Shown here in pieces: positions 50,717 through 60,131 of a DNA stretch of 64,000 nt. Under the pieces are notes generated by a model that saw only the letters and a program-made list of their open reading frames with translations, did no database searches and was not told the origin of the DNA. Location: positions 320,001 to 384,000 of the forward strand of contig CBDCZH010000010.1 in the NCBI GenBank assembly GCA_965224485.1, in the 5' to 3' direction. The position numbers and the translations under genes were made by a program. The DNA is from Arcobacteraceae bacterium (GTDB taxonomy: Bacteria > Campylobacterota > Campylobacteria > Campylobacterales > Arcobacteraceae). How positions within the stretch are numbered: position 1 is the first letter of the stretch; each line of letters starts with the position of its first letter.

Positions 50717-51415
50717 ATGAGTATAAAAACTAGAGTTTTATTAGTTGAGGATGAAGAAGATGCAAGAGAAATATTATCTTTTTATTTAGATACTATTTTT
50801 GATGAAGTAGAAGTTGCAAAAGATGGAGAAGAAGGAGTATCTAAATATCTTCATAATTATGAACATGATAAAACTTTTGATTTGGTTCTAAGTGATATTA
50901 AAATGCCAAACTTAAATGGTTTAGAAATGATTGAACAAATTACTTCTATAAATGAAGATCAAAAGTTCATAATAGTATCAGCATATAAAGATGAAGAGTA
51001 TTTGTTTAAATCAATCTCTTTAAATGTTCTTTCCTATTTTGTAAAACCCTTAGAAGTTAATAATATTATGCAAATATTAAAAAAAGTAAAAAAAAGAGTT
51101 TTAGAAGATAAAAAAGAGATTTTTAAAGAAACCGTAATTAATTTAAATGAAATATATACATATGATATGAACTCTTCTTTATTATATGAAAATAAGAAAG
51201 TAATTGATTTATCAAAAAAAGAAACACTTTTATTAGAAGCCTTAATAAGCAATATAAAAAGAATAAAAACAAAAGAAGATTTAAAGAAGTTTATTTGGAA
51301 TGATATAAGTACCTCAGATGCAACTTTAAGAACAACTATAAAAAGAGTAAAAGACAAAATAGCCTTAAAAGACTTTATTGTTTCAAAAAAAGGAAAAGGA
51401 TATATTCTAGAATAA
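50717..51415 (+). CDS. OmpR-family response regulator
   Basis: LVEDE, SDIKMP, SAY, KP, winged helix GKGY. Confidence 0.93.
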   Translation: MSIKTRVLLVEDEEDAREILSFYLDTIFDEVEVAKDGEEGVSKYLHNYEHDKTFDLVLSDIKMPNLNGLEMIEQITSINEDQKFIIVSAYKDEEYLFKSISLNVLSYFVKPLEVNNIMQILKKVKKRVLEDKKEIFKETVINLNEIYTYDMNSSLLYENKKVIDLSKKETLLLEALISNIKRIKTKEDLKKFIWNDISTSDATLRTTIKRVKDKIALKDFIVSKKGKGYILE

Positions 51416-51451
51416 GCCCTAAATGTGGTGAATATTTAAAGAATTATAAAA

Positions 51452-51496
51452 TTTGAAACAATTTTGAAACTATTTTAAAACAATCTGTGTTATACT
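51452..51496 (+). promoter_or_regulatory. 11-bp-period direct repeats and extended -10 upstream of TAXI gene
   Basis: TGAAAC 51454, TGAAAC 51465, TAAAAC 51476; TGtTATACT 51488-51496. Confidence 0.65.
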
Positions 51497-51523
51497 TTTA
51501 CATAAGAAATAAAAGGAGAAAAG

Positions 51524-52537
51524 ATGAATGGTTTTAAAAAGTTACTTGTTACTTCTTTAGTAACATCAACAATCTTAGTGGGAAGTGCGTGGGCTGCTAA
51601 AAAAGAGACAAAATATGTTATTGCAACAGCTAGTACTGGTGGAACTTATTATCCAGTTGGTGTAGGAATTGCTACAATTGCTTCATTAAAATTAGCAAAA
51701 AAACATAAATTGACTTTTTCCGCAATTACAAGTGCTGGTTCTGGTGAAAATGTTGATATGTTAGATAAAGGTGAAGTTAATTTTGCTATTTTACAAGGTT
51801 TATTTGGTTCAATGGCTTGGCAGGGTAAAGCTAAGTATGAAGGAAAAGCTAAAAAAAACTTAAGATCTATTTCTATGTTATGGCAAAATGTTGAGCAATT
51901 TACTATTAAAAATGATTTTGCTAAAACTGGTAATATAAATGATTTAAAAAATCTTTATGGGGAGAGATTCTCAATTGGTGGAAGAAGTTCAGGTTCAAGA
52001 GTTTCTGCTGAAACTATATTAAGCTCACTTAAAATTGATTTTTCTAAAATGAATATTCAATACTTAGGATACACTCCAAGTTCAACTGCTCTTCAAGATG
52101 GTAAAATTAAAGGTATGAATACTCCTTCTGGTCCTCCTACTTCTGCTGTAACAAACGCTTTTGCATCAATAGGAAATGATAAAATCAAAGTATTAGATTT
52201 CTCACAAAAAGATTTAGACATGATTAATGCTAACTATCCTGTATGGTCTCCTTTTGTTATTAAAGCTAAAACATACCCAGGTCAGACTAAAGATATTAAT
52301 ACTATTGCTCAACCTAATTTATTAGTTGTAACTAAAGATACACCTGAAGAAACTGTTTATTTATTAACAAAAACTATTTATGAAAATTTAGGTTTTTTAA
52401 ATACTGTTCATAAAGCTACAAAAGCAATGTCTTTGCAAAAAGCTATTGTTGGTCTTCCAATGCCTCTTCATCCTGGAGCTGCAAGATTTTATAAAGAACA
52501 AGGAATAACTATTCCAGCTTCTTTACTTTCAAAATAG
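51524..52537 (+). CDS. TAXI-family TRAP solute-binding protein
   Basis: IATASTGGTYYPVG, SAGSGEN, PLHPGAARFYKE. Confidence 0.95.
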   Translation: MNGFKKLLVTSLVTSTILVGSAWAAKKETKYVIATASTGGTYYPVGVGIATIASLKLAKKHKLTFSAITSAGSGENVDMLDKGEVNFAILQGLFGSMAWQGKAKYEGKAKKNLRSISMLWQNVEQFTIKNDFAKTGNINDLKNLYGERFSIGGRSSGSRVSAETILSSLKIDFSKMNIQYLGYTPSSTALQDGKIKGMNTPSGPPTSAVTNAFASIGNDKIKVLDFSQKDLDMINANYPVWSPFVIKAKTYPGQTKDINTIAQPNLLVVTKDTPEETVYLLTKTIYENLGFLNTVHKATKAMSLQKAIVGLPMPLHPGAARFYKEQGITIPASLLSK

Positions 52538-52567
52538 ATTTTAAAGGAAGTTCTCTTCCTTTAAAAT
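52538..52567 (+). terminator. hairpin between TAXI SBP and permease
   Basis: ATTTTAAAGGAAG-TTCT-CTTCCTTTAAAAT. Confidence 0.7.
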
Positions 52568-52639
52568 TATCTTATTTTTTATTTTTTAATTAAATAAATT
52601 GACTTACTTAATTAAAGCATACACTTCAAGGATACAATA

Positions 52640-54604
52640 ATGATTTATATTAAAAATTTTAAAGAGATAGTATTTGTTTATGCAATATTAATCTCACTAT
52701 TTCACTTTTTTATTAATATCTGGGGAGGTATTAGTGATTTATGGTTTAACTCTTCGCATTTTGCACTCTTAGCATCTTTGGGTTTTTTAACATATGAAGC
52801 AAAAGATGATGAAAATAAAGAAAATAAAAATAAAGTAAGTATTTTAAATATAATATTTGCTTTATTATCTTTAAGTACCTTTATATATATGATGGCTTTT
52901 GAAGAGAGTTTATACGCAATTGCCAATTCTCAAATGAGGATGTCTGATATTATTGTCTCTTCTATGACTATAGTTTTAGCAATTATGATGGTTAAAAAAT
53001 CTACTGGTTATATTATTCCTTTTCTTATAATCTTTTGTATCTCTTATATACTTTTTTTAGGGCAATATTTTGAAGGTTTATTTTCATTTGCTGGTATGAG
53101 TGTTGAGAGATTTTTATATAGAATGTATTATACGTCTGAGGGGTTATTTGGACCAATTGCAACAATATCTTCTACTTATGTTTTCATGTTTATTTTATTT
53201 GCAGCTTTTTTATTAAAATCAGGTGCCGGTGATTTTATCGTTGATGTAAGTTCTGCAGTTGCTGGAAAGTATACAGGGGGAACAGGACATGTAGCAGTTT
53301 TTAGCTCAGCACTTATGGGAACAATTTCAGGCTCAGCTGTTGCAAATACTGTATCAACTGGCTCAATTACTATTCCTATGATGAAAAAAGCAGGTTTTAA
53401 ACCTACCTTTGCAGCAGCAGTTGAAGCAGCTGCTTCTACAGGTGGACAAATTATGCCTCCTATTATGGGAGCAGGGGCTTTTATAATGGCTCAAATGACA
53501 CATATTCCTTTTGTTACTATTATTTCAGTATCAGTTTTACCTGCAATTTTATATTTTGCTTCAATAGCTTTTTATATTAATATTCATGCAAAAGAGCATA
53601 ATATTAAAGGAGAGGATTCAAATATTAAAATATTACCACTTTTAAGAGAAGGTTTTCATTTTATAATTCCCTTAGGTACTTTAGTAGGACTTCTAATTTA
53701 TGGTTTCTCACCAACATATTCAGCAGGAATTGCAATAATAGCAATTATTCTGTCTTCTTATTTAACTAAAAATAAAAGAATGGGATTAAAAGAAATCTTA
53801 GAAGCTTTAGCCTTAGGTAGTCAAAATATGGTAGTAACGGGTGTTTTACTAATTGCTGTTGGAATAATTGTTGGAGTTATAAATATTTCAGGTATTGGGA
53901 TTACTTTCTCACAATTAATTATGCACTGGTCTGGAAATTCACTTCTAATAGCAATTGTTTTAATAGCACTTGCTTCACTAGTTCTTGGTATGGGACTTCC
54001 TGTAACTGCTTCATATGTTGTTTTATCTGTTTTAAGTGCACCAGCTTTAGTTGGACTTATGCTAAGTCCTGAAATGGCGGCACTTGTAAATGCAGGAATA
54101 GAAATGCCAGAAGTTGCAATGTATTTACTCTCAGCTCATTTAATTATATTTTGGTTATCACAAGATTCCAATTTAACACCTCCTGTATGTCTAGCCGCTT
54201 TTGCGGCAGCTGCTATTGCTAAAACTCCACCTATGAAAACAGGTCTTATGTCTTGGAAAGTAGGAAAAGGAATGTATATAATTCCTCTTCTTTTTGCTTT
54301 TACTCCTCTTATAAATGGTACTTGGTTTGAAAGATTTGAGGTATTTACCTTTGCTTTATTTGGTATAATGTGTTTCTCAATAGTTATGGAAGGTTTTTGG
54401 GATAAAAAAATGCCAGCCTTAGAAAGATCTGTTTATGCCCTTTGTGCTATGTTATTATTAGTGCAAGATTCAGCTTTTGATATGGATAGTTATTTTGGAA
54501 TTGTTCAAAATACGCATATTCTTGGCTTTATGATATTTGCAGTATCACTTTATATGCATAAAATGTTAAAAAAAGAGGAAAAAAAATATGAAAGCATTGA
54601 TTAA
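52640..54604 (+). CDS. TRAP fused 4TM/12TM permease
   Basis: GTISGSAVAN, EAAASTGGQIMPPIMGA, LGMGLP, TPPVC. Confidence 0.95.
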   Translation: MIYIKNFKEIVFVYAILISLFHFFINIWGGISDLWFNSSHFALLASLGFLTYEAKDDENKENKNKVSILNIIFALLSLSTFIYMMAFEESLYAIANSQMRMSDIIVSSMTIVLAIMMVKKSTGYIIPFLIIFCISYILFLGQYFEGLFSFAGMSVERFLYRMYYTSEGLFGPIATISSTYVFMFILFAAFLLKSGAGDFIVDVSSAVAGKYTGGTGHVAVFSSALMGTISGSAVANTVSTGSITIPMMKKAGFKPTFAAAVEAAASTGGQIMPPIMGAGAFIMAQMTHIPFVTIISVSVLPAILYFASIAFYINIHAKEHNIKGEDSNIKILPLLREGFHFIIPLGTLVGLLIYGFSPTYSAGIAIIAIILSSYLTKNKRMGLKEILEALALGSQNMVVTGVLLIAVGIIVGVINISGIGITFSQLIMHWSGNSLLIAIVLIALASLVLGMGLPVTASYVVLSVLSAPALVGLMLSPEMAALVNAGIEMPEVAMYLLSAHLIIFWLSQDSNLTPPVCLAAFAAAAIAKTPPMKTGLMSWKVGKGMYIIPLLFAFTPLINGTWFERFEVFTFALFGIMCFSIVMEGFWDKKMPALERSVYALCAMLLLVQDSAFDMDSYFGIVQNTHILGFMIFAVSLYMHKMLKKEEKKYESID

Positions 54605-55184
54605 TACTTTAGAGTCTTGTGGGTATAAAGTAAGTTTTGTTCAAAACAAACATGAAGCCCTTTCTCTTAGTAAAACTATGATTACAAAAAATATTTCTGT
54701 AGGATTAGGTGGTTCAACTTCAGTAAAAGAGATAGGTCTTTTGGACTTTTTAGTTAACAAAGAAGATATAAAACTTTTCAATCAATATGAAAAAGGTATT
54801 TCAATGGATGAAAATACCAAAAGAAGAAGAGAAGGAATGTTAAGTGATTTGTATGTAACTAGTACAAATGCTCTTAGTCGTGATGGTTTTTTAATTAATG
54901 CTGATGGAAGTGGAAATAGAGTTGCTTCTCTTATTTTTGGACCTAAAAAGGTTTTATTGATTGTAGGAGTTAATAAAATTGTTGATACTTTAGAAGATGG
55001 ATTTAAAAGACTTATGGAAGTATCTGCTTTAAAAAATGTACAAAGAATGAATAATATAGCTCTTAGTAATAATAAAGAACCAAGACATAACTTAGATAAT
55101 ATTGCAAATAAGTTTACTTATATAAAAGCAGATGAAAAAGATAGAATAAATATTATTTTAGTAAATGAAGAATTAGGATATTAG
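54588..55184 (+). CDS. LUD-domain (lactate utilization-like) protein
   Basis: GGSTS, STNA, N.DG.GNRVA..FGPKKV..VG.NKIV, EELGY. Confidence 0.85.
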   Translation: MKALINTLESCGYKVSFVQNKHEALSLSKTMITKNISVGLGGSTSVKEIGLLDFLVNKEDIKLFNQYEKGISMDENTKRRREGMLSDLYVTSTNALSRDGFLINADGSGNRVASLIFGPKKVLLIVGVNKIVDTLEDGFKRLMEVSALKNVQRMNNIALSNNKEPRHNLDNIANKFTYIKADEKDRINIILVNEELGY

Positions 55185-55185
55185 A

Positions 55186-56379
55186 ATGTATGATTATTTA
55201 ATTATTGGCGCTGGTATAATAGGACTTAATATTGCAAAAAATCTAAAAGAAAGATTTCCACAAGCAAAAATAGTAGTTCTTGAGAAAGAAAAAGAAGTAG
55301 CACTTCATAGCTCTGGACGAAACTCAGGAGTTTTACATGCAGGTTTTTATTATACAGCTAATAGTTTAAAAGCGAAATTCACAAAAGAAGGCAATATTGC
55401 TTTAAAAGAGTTTTGTAAACAAAGGTCTTTAAAAGTAAATGCTTGTGAAAAAGTGGTAGTTGCTTTAAATGAAAAAGAGCTTGAGGGTTTACTTGAGCTT
55501 AAAAGAAGAGGGGATGTTAATGGAGTTTCATTAAATCTTATAAGCGAAGAAGAATTAGCCTTGTTATATCCTAATGTAAAAACATACAAAAAAGCACTTT
55601 TGTGCCCAAGTACTGCAACAATTAATCCAAAAGAAGTTACACAAGAATTTGCAAAAGTTATTAAAGAATTAGGAGTAGAACTTATTTTAGATGCAAAATA
55701 TTTAAGTAGTTCTTCTAATCTTATTAAAACTAGTAAAGGTGAATTTCTTGCTAATAAAGTAATCAATTGTGCTGGTTTATATGCTGATAAAATTGCTAAT
55801 GATTTTGGTTTTTGTAAAAATTACGTAATTATTCCTTTTAAAGGAATATATTTAAAAGATAAAAAAAATATCTCAAAACTAAAAACAAATATATATCCAG
55901 TTCCTAATTTAGATAATCCATTTTTAGGTGTTCATTATACTTTAAGTGTTGATAATGAAAGTAAAATTGGGCCAACTGCAATTCCTGCTTTATGGAGAGA
56001 AAATTATGGTGGTTTTGCAAATTTTAAATTAGATGAATTTATTCAAATTTTATATTATGAAGCAAAACTTTTTCTAAGCAATGCTTTTGGTTTTAGAACC
56101 CTTGCTTTTAGTGAAATAAAAAAATATAGAATGTCATACTTAAAAGCTTTAGCAATGCAATTAACAAAAAATATGAATCATGAAGGTTTCGATTCTTGGA
56201 GTACACCTGGAATTAGAGCTCAACTCTTAGATAAAAATAACTTAGAGTTAGTACAAGATTTTGTAGTTCAAGGTGATGAAAAATCAATTCATGTTTTAAA
56301 TGCAGTAAGTCCAGCTTTTACTTCTTCTATACCATTTGCAGCTTGGGTGGTAGAAGAATATATAATTGATAAATCTTAA
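55186..56379 (+). CDS. lhgO: L-2-hydroxyglutarate oxidase
   Basis: GAGIIG, HSSGRNSGVLHAG.YY..SLKA, YPVP..PFLGVH, GIRAQ, HVLNA.SPA.TS. Confidence 0.88.
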   Translation: MYDYLIIGAGIIGLNIAKNLKERFPQAKIVVLEKEKEVALHSSGRNSGVLHAGFYYTANSLKAKFTKEGNIALKEFCKQRSLKVNACEKVVVALNEKELEGLLELKRRGDVNGVSLNLISEEELALLYPNVKTYKKALLCPSTATINPKEVTQEFAKVIKELGVELILDAKYLSSSSNLIKTSKGEFLANKVINCAGLYADKIANDFGFCKNYVIIPFKGIYLKDKKNISKLKTNIYPVPNLDNPFLGVHYTLSVDNESKIGPTAIPALWRENYGGFANFKLDEFIQILYYEAKLFLSNAFGFRTLAFSEIKKYRMSYLKALAMQLTKNMNHEGFDSWSTPGIRAQLLDKNNLELVQDFVVQGDEKSIHVLNAVSPAFTSSIPFAAWVVEEYIIDKS

Positions 56380-56468
56380 TTTTAAAATATTGAGAATATT
56401 AAAAAAAGTAAAAATAACTTGAGCCTATATTTTATTATGTTATTATAATAAAAATTTAAAGGAATAAA

Positions 56469-56663
56469 ATGTTTGTTAAATTAAATGATAGAGTATATTT
56501 AAACTTTGCAAGAATTACTAGAACTAAAATTGATCATGTTGAAGATGGAATTAGAGTAAGGTTTTATGAAGGTCAAGATCAAGTTGCAAAATCTCAAAGA
56601 TTTGAAGATGTTAAAGCTGCTGAAAAATGGTTAAAAAAACTTTTAAAGCAAGTTAACTCATAA
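56469..56663 (+). CDS. conserved small hypothetical protein
   Basis: AAGGA SD, TATAAT upstream, own terminator. Confidence 0.8.
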   Translation: MFVKLNDRVYLNFARITRTKIDHVEDGIRVRFYEGQDQVAKSQRFEDVKAAEKWLKKLLKQVNS

Positions 56664-56673
56664 TATAAGTATA

Positions 56674-56700
56674 AATAAAAGCACTTTTAGTGCTTTTATT
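56674..56700 (+). terminator. intrinsic terminator
   Basis: AATAAAAGCACT-TTT-AGTGCTTTTATT. Confidence 0.75.
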
Positions 56701-56775
56701 AAAAATTAAATCTTTACTTTAAAACTACCCTAACAATATTTTAGATAAAATTTCAAAAAAAATATAGGATTTTTA

Positions 56776-57696
56776 ATGGCAATTTACACATGTGGACACA
56801 CAACTCCTGATTCTGATTCAATTTGTTCAGCAATCTCTTTATCATATTTATTAAATGAAATTGGTCGTGAATCAATACCTGCACGTCAAGGTGAACTTAA
56901 TCCAGAAACGCAATTCATTCTAAATAAGTTTGGTTTTAAAGCACCTTTACTTAAAACTGAATTTAAAGGTGAAGAACTTTTTATAACTGATTATTCAGAT
57001 AAAAAACAAGCTCCTTGCGATATAGATGAAGCTATTGTGGTAGGAATTGTAGATCATCATAAACTAGGAGACATTACAACATCAGCTCCTTTAGAGTGTT
57101 GGATTAGACCAGTTGGTTGTACTAATACAATAGTTAAAGAGATGTATGATTATCATAAGGTAAAAATCCCTAAAGATATTGCAGGAATTATGATGTGTGC
57201 TATTTTAAGTGATACAGTAATTTTCAAATCACCAACTTGTACTGATATTGATATTCAAACAGTAAGAGAACTAGCAGATATTTGCGAAATTGAAGATTTC
57301 GCTGCTTTAGGTATGGAAATGTTTACAGTTAAATCACAAGTAAAAGGTGTAAGTGTAAGAGATTTAATTTTAAGAGATTACAAACCTTTTGATATGTATG
57401 GCTCACAAGTTGGAATTGGGCAATTAGAAGTTGTTGATTTAAGTATTTTTAATGATATTAAAGAAGATTTATTAAAAGATTTAGAAGTATTTAGACTTGA
57501 ACAAGGTTTGCATACAGCATGTTTATTATTAACTGATATTATGAAAGAAGGCTCAGAAGTTTTATTAGCTTCACAAAATAATGATATTTTTGAAAAAGCT
57601 TTTGATGTTAAATTAGAAGATAATAAGGTTTGGTTAGCTGGTTGTTTATCAAGAAAGAAACAAATAATTCCTTTTTTAGAACCAGCATTTAAATAA
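56776..57696 (+). CDS. ppaC: Mn-dependent inorganic pyrophosphatase (family II)
   Basis: GHTTPDSDS, VDHH, PVGCT, ILSDT, SRKKQ. Confidence 0.95.
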   Translation: MAIYTCGHTTPDSDSICSAISLSYLLNEIGRESIPARQGELNPETQFILNKFGFKAPLLKTEFKGEELFITDYSDKKQAPCDIDEAIVVGIVDHHKLGDITTSAPLECWIRPVGCTNTIVKEMYDYHKVKIPKDIAGIMMCAILSDTVIFKSPTCTDIDIQTVRELADICEIEDFAALGMEMFTVKSQVKGVSVRDLILRDYKPFDMYGSQVGIGQLEVVDLSIFNDIKEDLLKDLEVFRLEQGLHTACLLLTDIMKEGSEVLLASQNNDIFEKAFDVKLEDNKVWLAGCLSRKKQIIPFLEPAFK

Positions 57697-57747
57697 AAAT
57701 ATTAAATTAAGATTTAAAGAAGTAAATAAACTGAGCTTAAGCTCAAT

Positions 57748-58329
57748 TTATTTACAACTTGCGTCTACTTCAAAATGAAGATCTAATTCATTCCACGATT
57801 TCCCCTTATGAAAACCTCTACAAACAGCTGAAAATTGTGCCCAAGCTTTTGATGTATTAAAAGCTAAAAGATCTAGTTTCCCACTTGCTTTTAACTTAGA
57901 AGCTTCTATCTTATATGAAAATGGAATAACTTTTGTAATACCATTCATTTTAAACTCTAAATCTAAAGAATCTTTATTGATTTTTACTACTTTAACATTA
58001 ATTTTTCCTAAGTCTTTTTCAAACTTTTTAAAAAAGTTATTGATAGTATTGTTATTTCTGATTTTTGCCATGGCTGCTGGCCATTTTGCTTTTCCATTAC
58101 TTAAATCAGCACTTGTATCAAGTGAAAAAGCATCAATATCTATACTTGCATTTAAAAGTTTTCCCTTAGGAAAGTTAGAAGTTGATTTAGTAAAAGTATT
58201 TTTTGTCACAACATATGATTTATCAGCTGCCCCATAAAAAGTAAAATCGTAAGTTAAATTACAAGTATTAGCATAAAGCGAACTTGCAAGAAGAGTACTA
58301 AGCGTGAAAGTAAAAAGTGTTTTTTTCAT
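57748..58329 (-). CDS. YceI-like exported protein
   Basis: Signal peptide; ASIDID..SLDT..RN..I...FF, MNGITK, H.GKSW. Confidence 0.7.
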   Translation of the reverse strand: MKKTLFTFTLSTLLASSLYANTCNLTYDFTFYGAADKSYVVTKNTFTKSTSNFPKGKLLNASIDIDAFSLDTSADLSNGKAKWPAAMAKIRNNNTINNFFKKFEKDLGKINVKVVKINKDSLDLEFKMNGITKVIPFSYKIEASKLKASGKLDLLAFNTSKAWAQFSAVCRGFHKGKSWNELDLHFEVDASCK

Positions 58330-58368
58330 TATATTCCTTTTATTAATTCCTTATTATACATCAATAAT

Positions 58369-58387
58369 AATAATGATAATCTTAATC
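58369..58387. promoter_or_regulatory. Fur/PerR-type box
   Basis: AATAATGATAATCTTAATC, 16/19 match to GATAATGATAATCATTATC, over the -35 region of the YceI-like gene. Confidence 0.6.
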
Positions 58388-58458
58388 ATATATATTAATC
58401 TTTGTATTAATATTTACTTTTGTATAATTAAACTTATATATTTCTTTGAAGGAAGAAA

Positions 58459-58926
58459 ATGACACCTGCAATAAATGAACTAAAAAAATATAATATTACC
58501 TTTAAGATTTTAAAATATAAGCATGATACTTCTGTTTTAAACTATGGTTTAGAAGCAGCCTCAAAGTTAAACCTTGATGAGCAAAAAGTTTTTAAAACAT
58601 TGATTGTACTTTTGAGTACAAAAGAGTTAATTGTTGCAATAATTCCTGTAAATAAGTCTTTATGTTTCAAAAAAATAGCTCAATACTTTAAAGTTAAAAA
58701 TGCAAAAATGGCAGATAAAGACGAGGCACAAAAATCAAGTGCCTATATTTTAGGAGGAATATCTGCTTTTGGACAAAAAAAGAGACTTAGAACTGTTCTG
58801 GACCTAAGTGCTAAGAGTTTTGAGGATATTTATGTCTCAGGGGGAAGAAGAGGTTTAGACTTAGAACTAAACCCTGATGTTTTTAAAGAAGTATTAAAAG
58901 CAAATTTTGAAGATATAAGCATATAA
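58459..58926 (+). CDS. ybaK: Cys-tRNA(Pro) deacylase
   Basis: MTPAI, VFKTL, GGIS.FGQKK, SGGRRG. Confidence 0.92.
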   Translation: MTPAINELKKYNITFKILKYKHDTSVLNYGLEAASKLNLDEQKVFKTLIVLLSTKELIVAIIPVNKSLCFKKIAQYFKVKNAKMADKDEAQKSSAYILGGISAFGQKKRLRTVLDLSAKSFEDIYVSGGRRGLDLELNPDVFKEVLKANFEDISI

Positions 58927-60008
58927 TGGAAGCTTTTAAAAATGTTTTTAATGAAAAATTCGTAAATACTTTAGCTTCAAATATAGCCTTTTATGATGAA
59001 AGTTTTAAGAAAAAAGAGTATGTAATAGAAATACTTAAAACTCTTGAATCATTAGAGCTAAAAGATAGAATGAGATTAATATCAAGATTAATTAAGCTCT
59101 TTTCATCTTTGGATTATTTAAAACTATTAACAGTATTAATAAAAGTAAAAAAACATTTTTACGAAAAGCCTAATATTAGTTTATCTTCAATGGTTTTTCC
59201 TGATTTTGTTGAAGTTTATGGTTTGAATTATTTAAAAGAGTCCCTAAAAGCTTTAGAGCAGTTTACAATAAATTCAAGTTCAGAGTTTGCTATTCGTTGT
59301 TTTATTATAAAATATGAAAAACAAACAATGCAAAAAATGCTTACTTTTGCAAAAAATAAAAATGAACATATAAGAAGATTTGCAAGTGAAGGATGTAGAC
59401 CTAGACTTCCTTGGGCAATATCATTAAAGACTTTAAAAAAAGATCCTACTTTAATCATGCTTATTTTAGATATTTTAAAAGATGATGAAAGTTTATATGT
59501 TAGACGCTCAGTTGCTAACAATTTAAATGATATAGCAAAAGATAATAAAGAAATTGTATTTACTTTTGTTAAAAAGAATTTAAATAAAAATAAAAATCTT
59601 GATTGGCTTTGTAAACATGCTTCGAGAACCTTATTAAAAAAAGGTGAACGAGAAATACTTGATCTCTTTTCATATAAAAAAATAAAAAACTTAAAAATAA
59701 AAAACTTTAAACTCCAAAAAGAAGTAAAAGTTGATAACTTCTTGAATTTTTCTTTTGATGTTATATCAAGTGAGGTCTTGTCTTTTCTTAGAATTGAGTA
59801 TGAACTTGATTTTATGATGGCAAACAATAAAAGAAGTAAAAAAGTTTTTATGATATCTTCTTCTAAAGTAAATAATACTAATAAAATAGTAGTAAAAAAA
59901 CATAACTTTAAAAAAATAACTACAAGAAAATATTATAAAGGAATTCATTATTTAAGTATTATTATAAATGGTGAAAAAACTCTTTGTCAGAGTTTTAATC
60001 TAATATAA
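58926..60008 (+). CDS. DNA alkylation repair glycosylase (AlkC-like HEAT repeat plus Ig-like tail)
   Basis: SSEFAIR, RRFASEGCRPRLPW, YVRRSVANNLNDIAK, TTRKYY.G.H. Confidence 0.88.
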   Translation: MEAFKNVFNEKFVNTLASNIAFYDESFKKKEYVIEILKTLESLELKDRMRLISRLIKLFSSLDYLKLLTVLIKVKKHFYEKPNISLSSMVFPDFVEVYGLNYLKESLKALEQFTINSSSEFAIRCFIIKYEKQTMQKMLTFAKNKNEHIRRFASEGCRPRLPWAISLKTLKKDPTLIMLILDILKDDESLYVRRSVANNLNDIAKDNKEIVFTFVKKNLNKNKNLDWLCKHASRTLLKKGEREILDLFSYKKIKNLKIKNFKLQKEVKVDNFLNFSFDVISSEVLSFLRIEYELDFMMANNKRSKKVFMISSSKVNNTNKIVVKKHNFKKITTRKYYKGIHYLSIIINGEKTLCQSFNLI

Positions 60009-60131
60009 GTCTCAAATAATTATAAGAATTACTTATACAAAATACTTCTTTTTACTAAAGAATTTATTTTAAGCAGAAACTAATATACAAAGGACGATAA
60101 TATTGCATAAAATATTATAAAGGATTATTAA

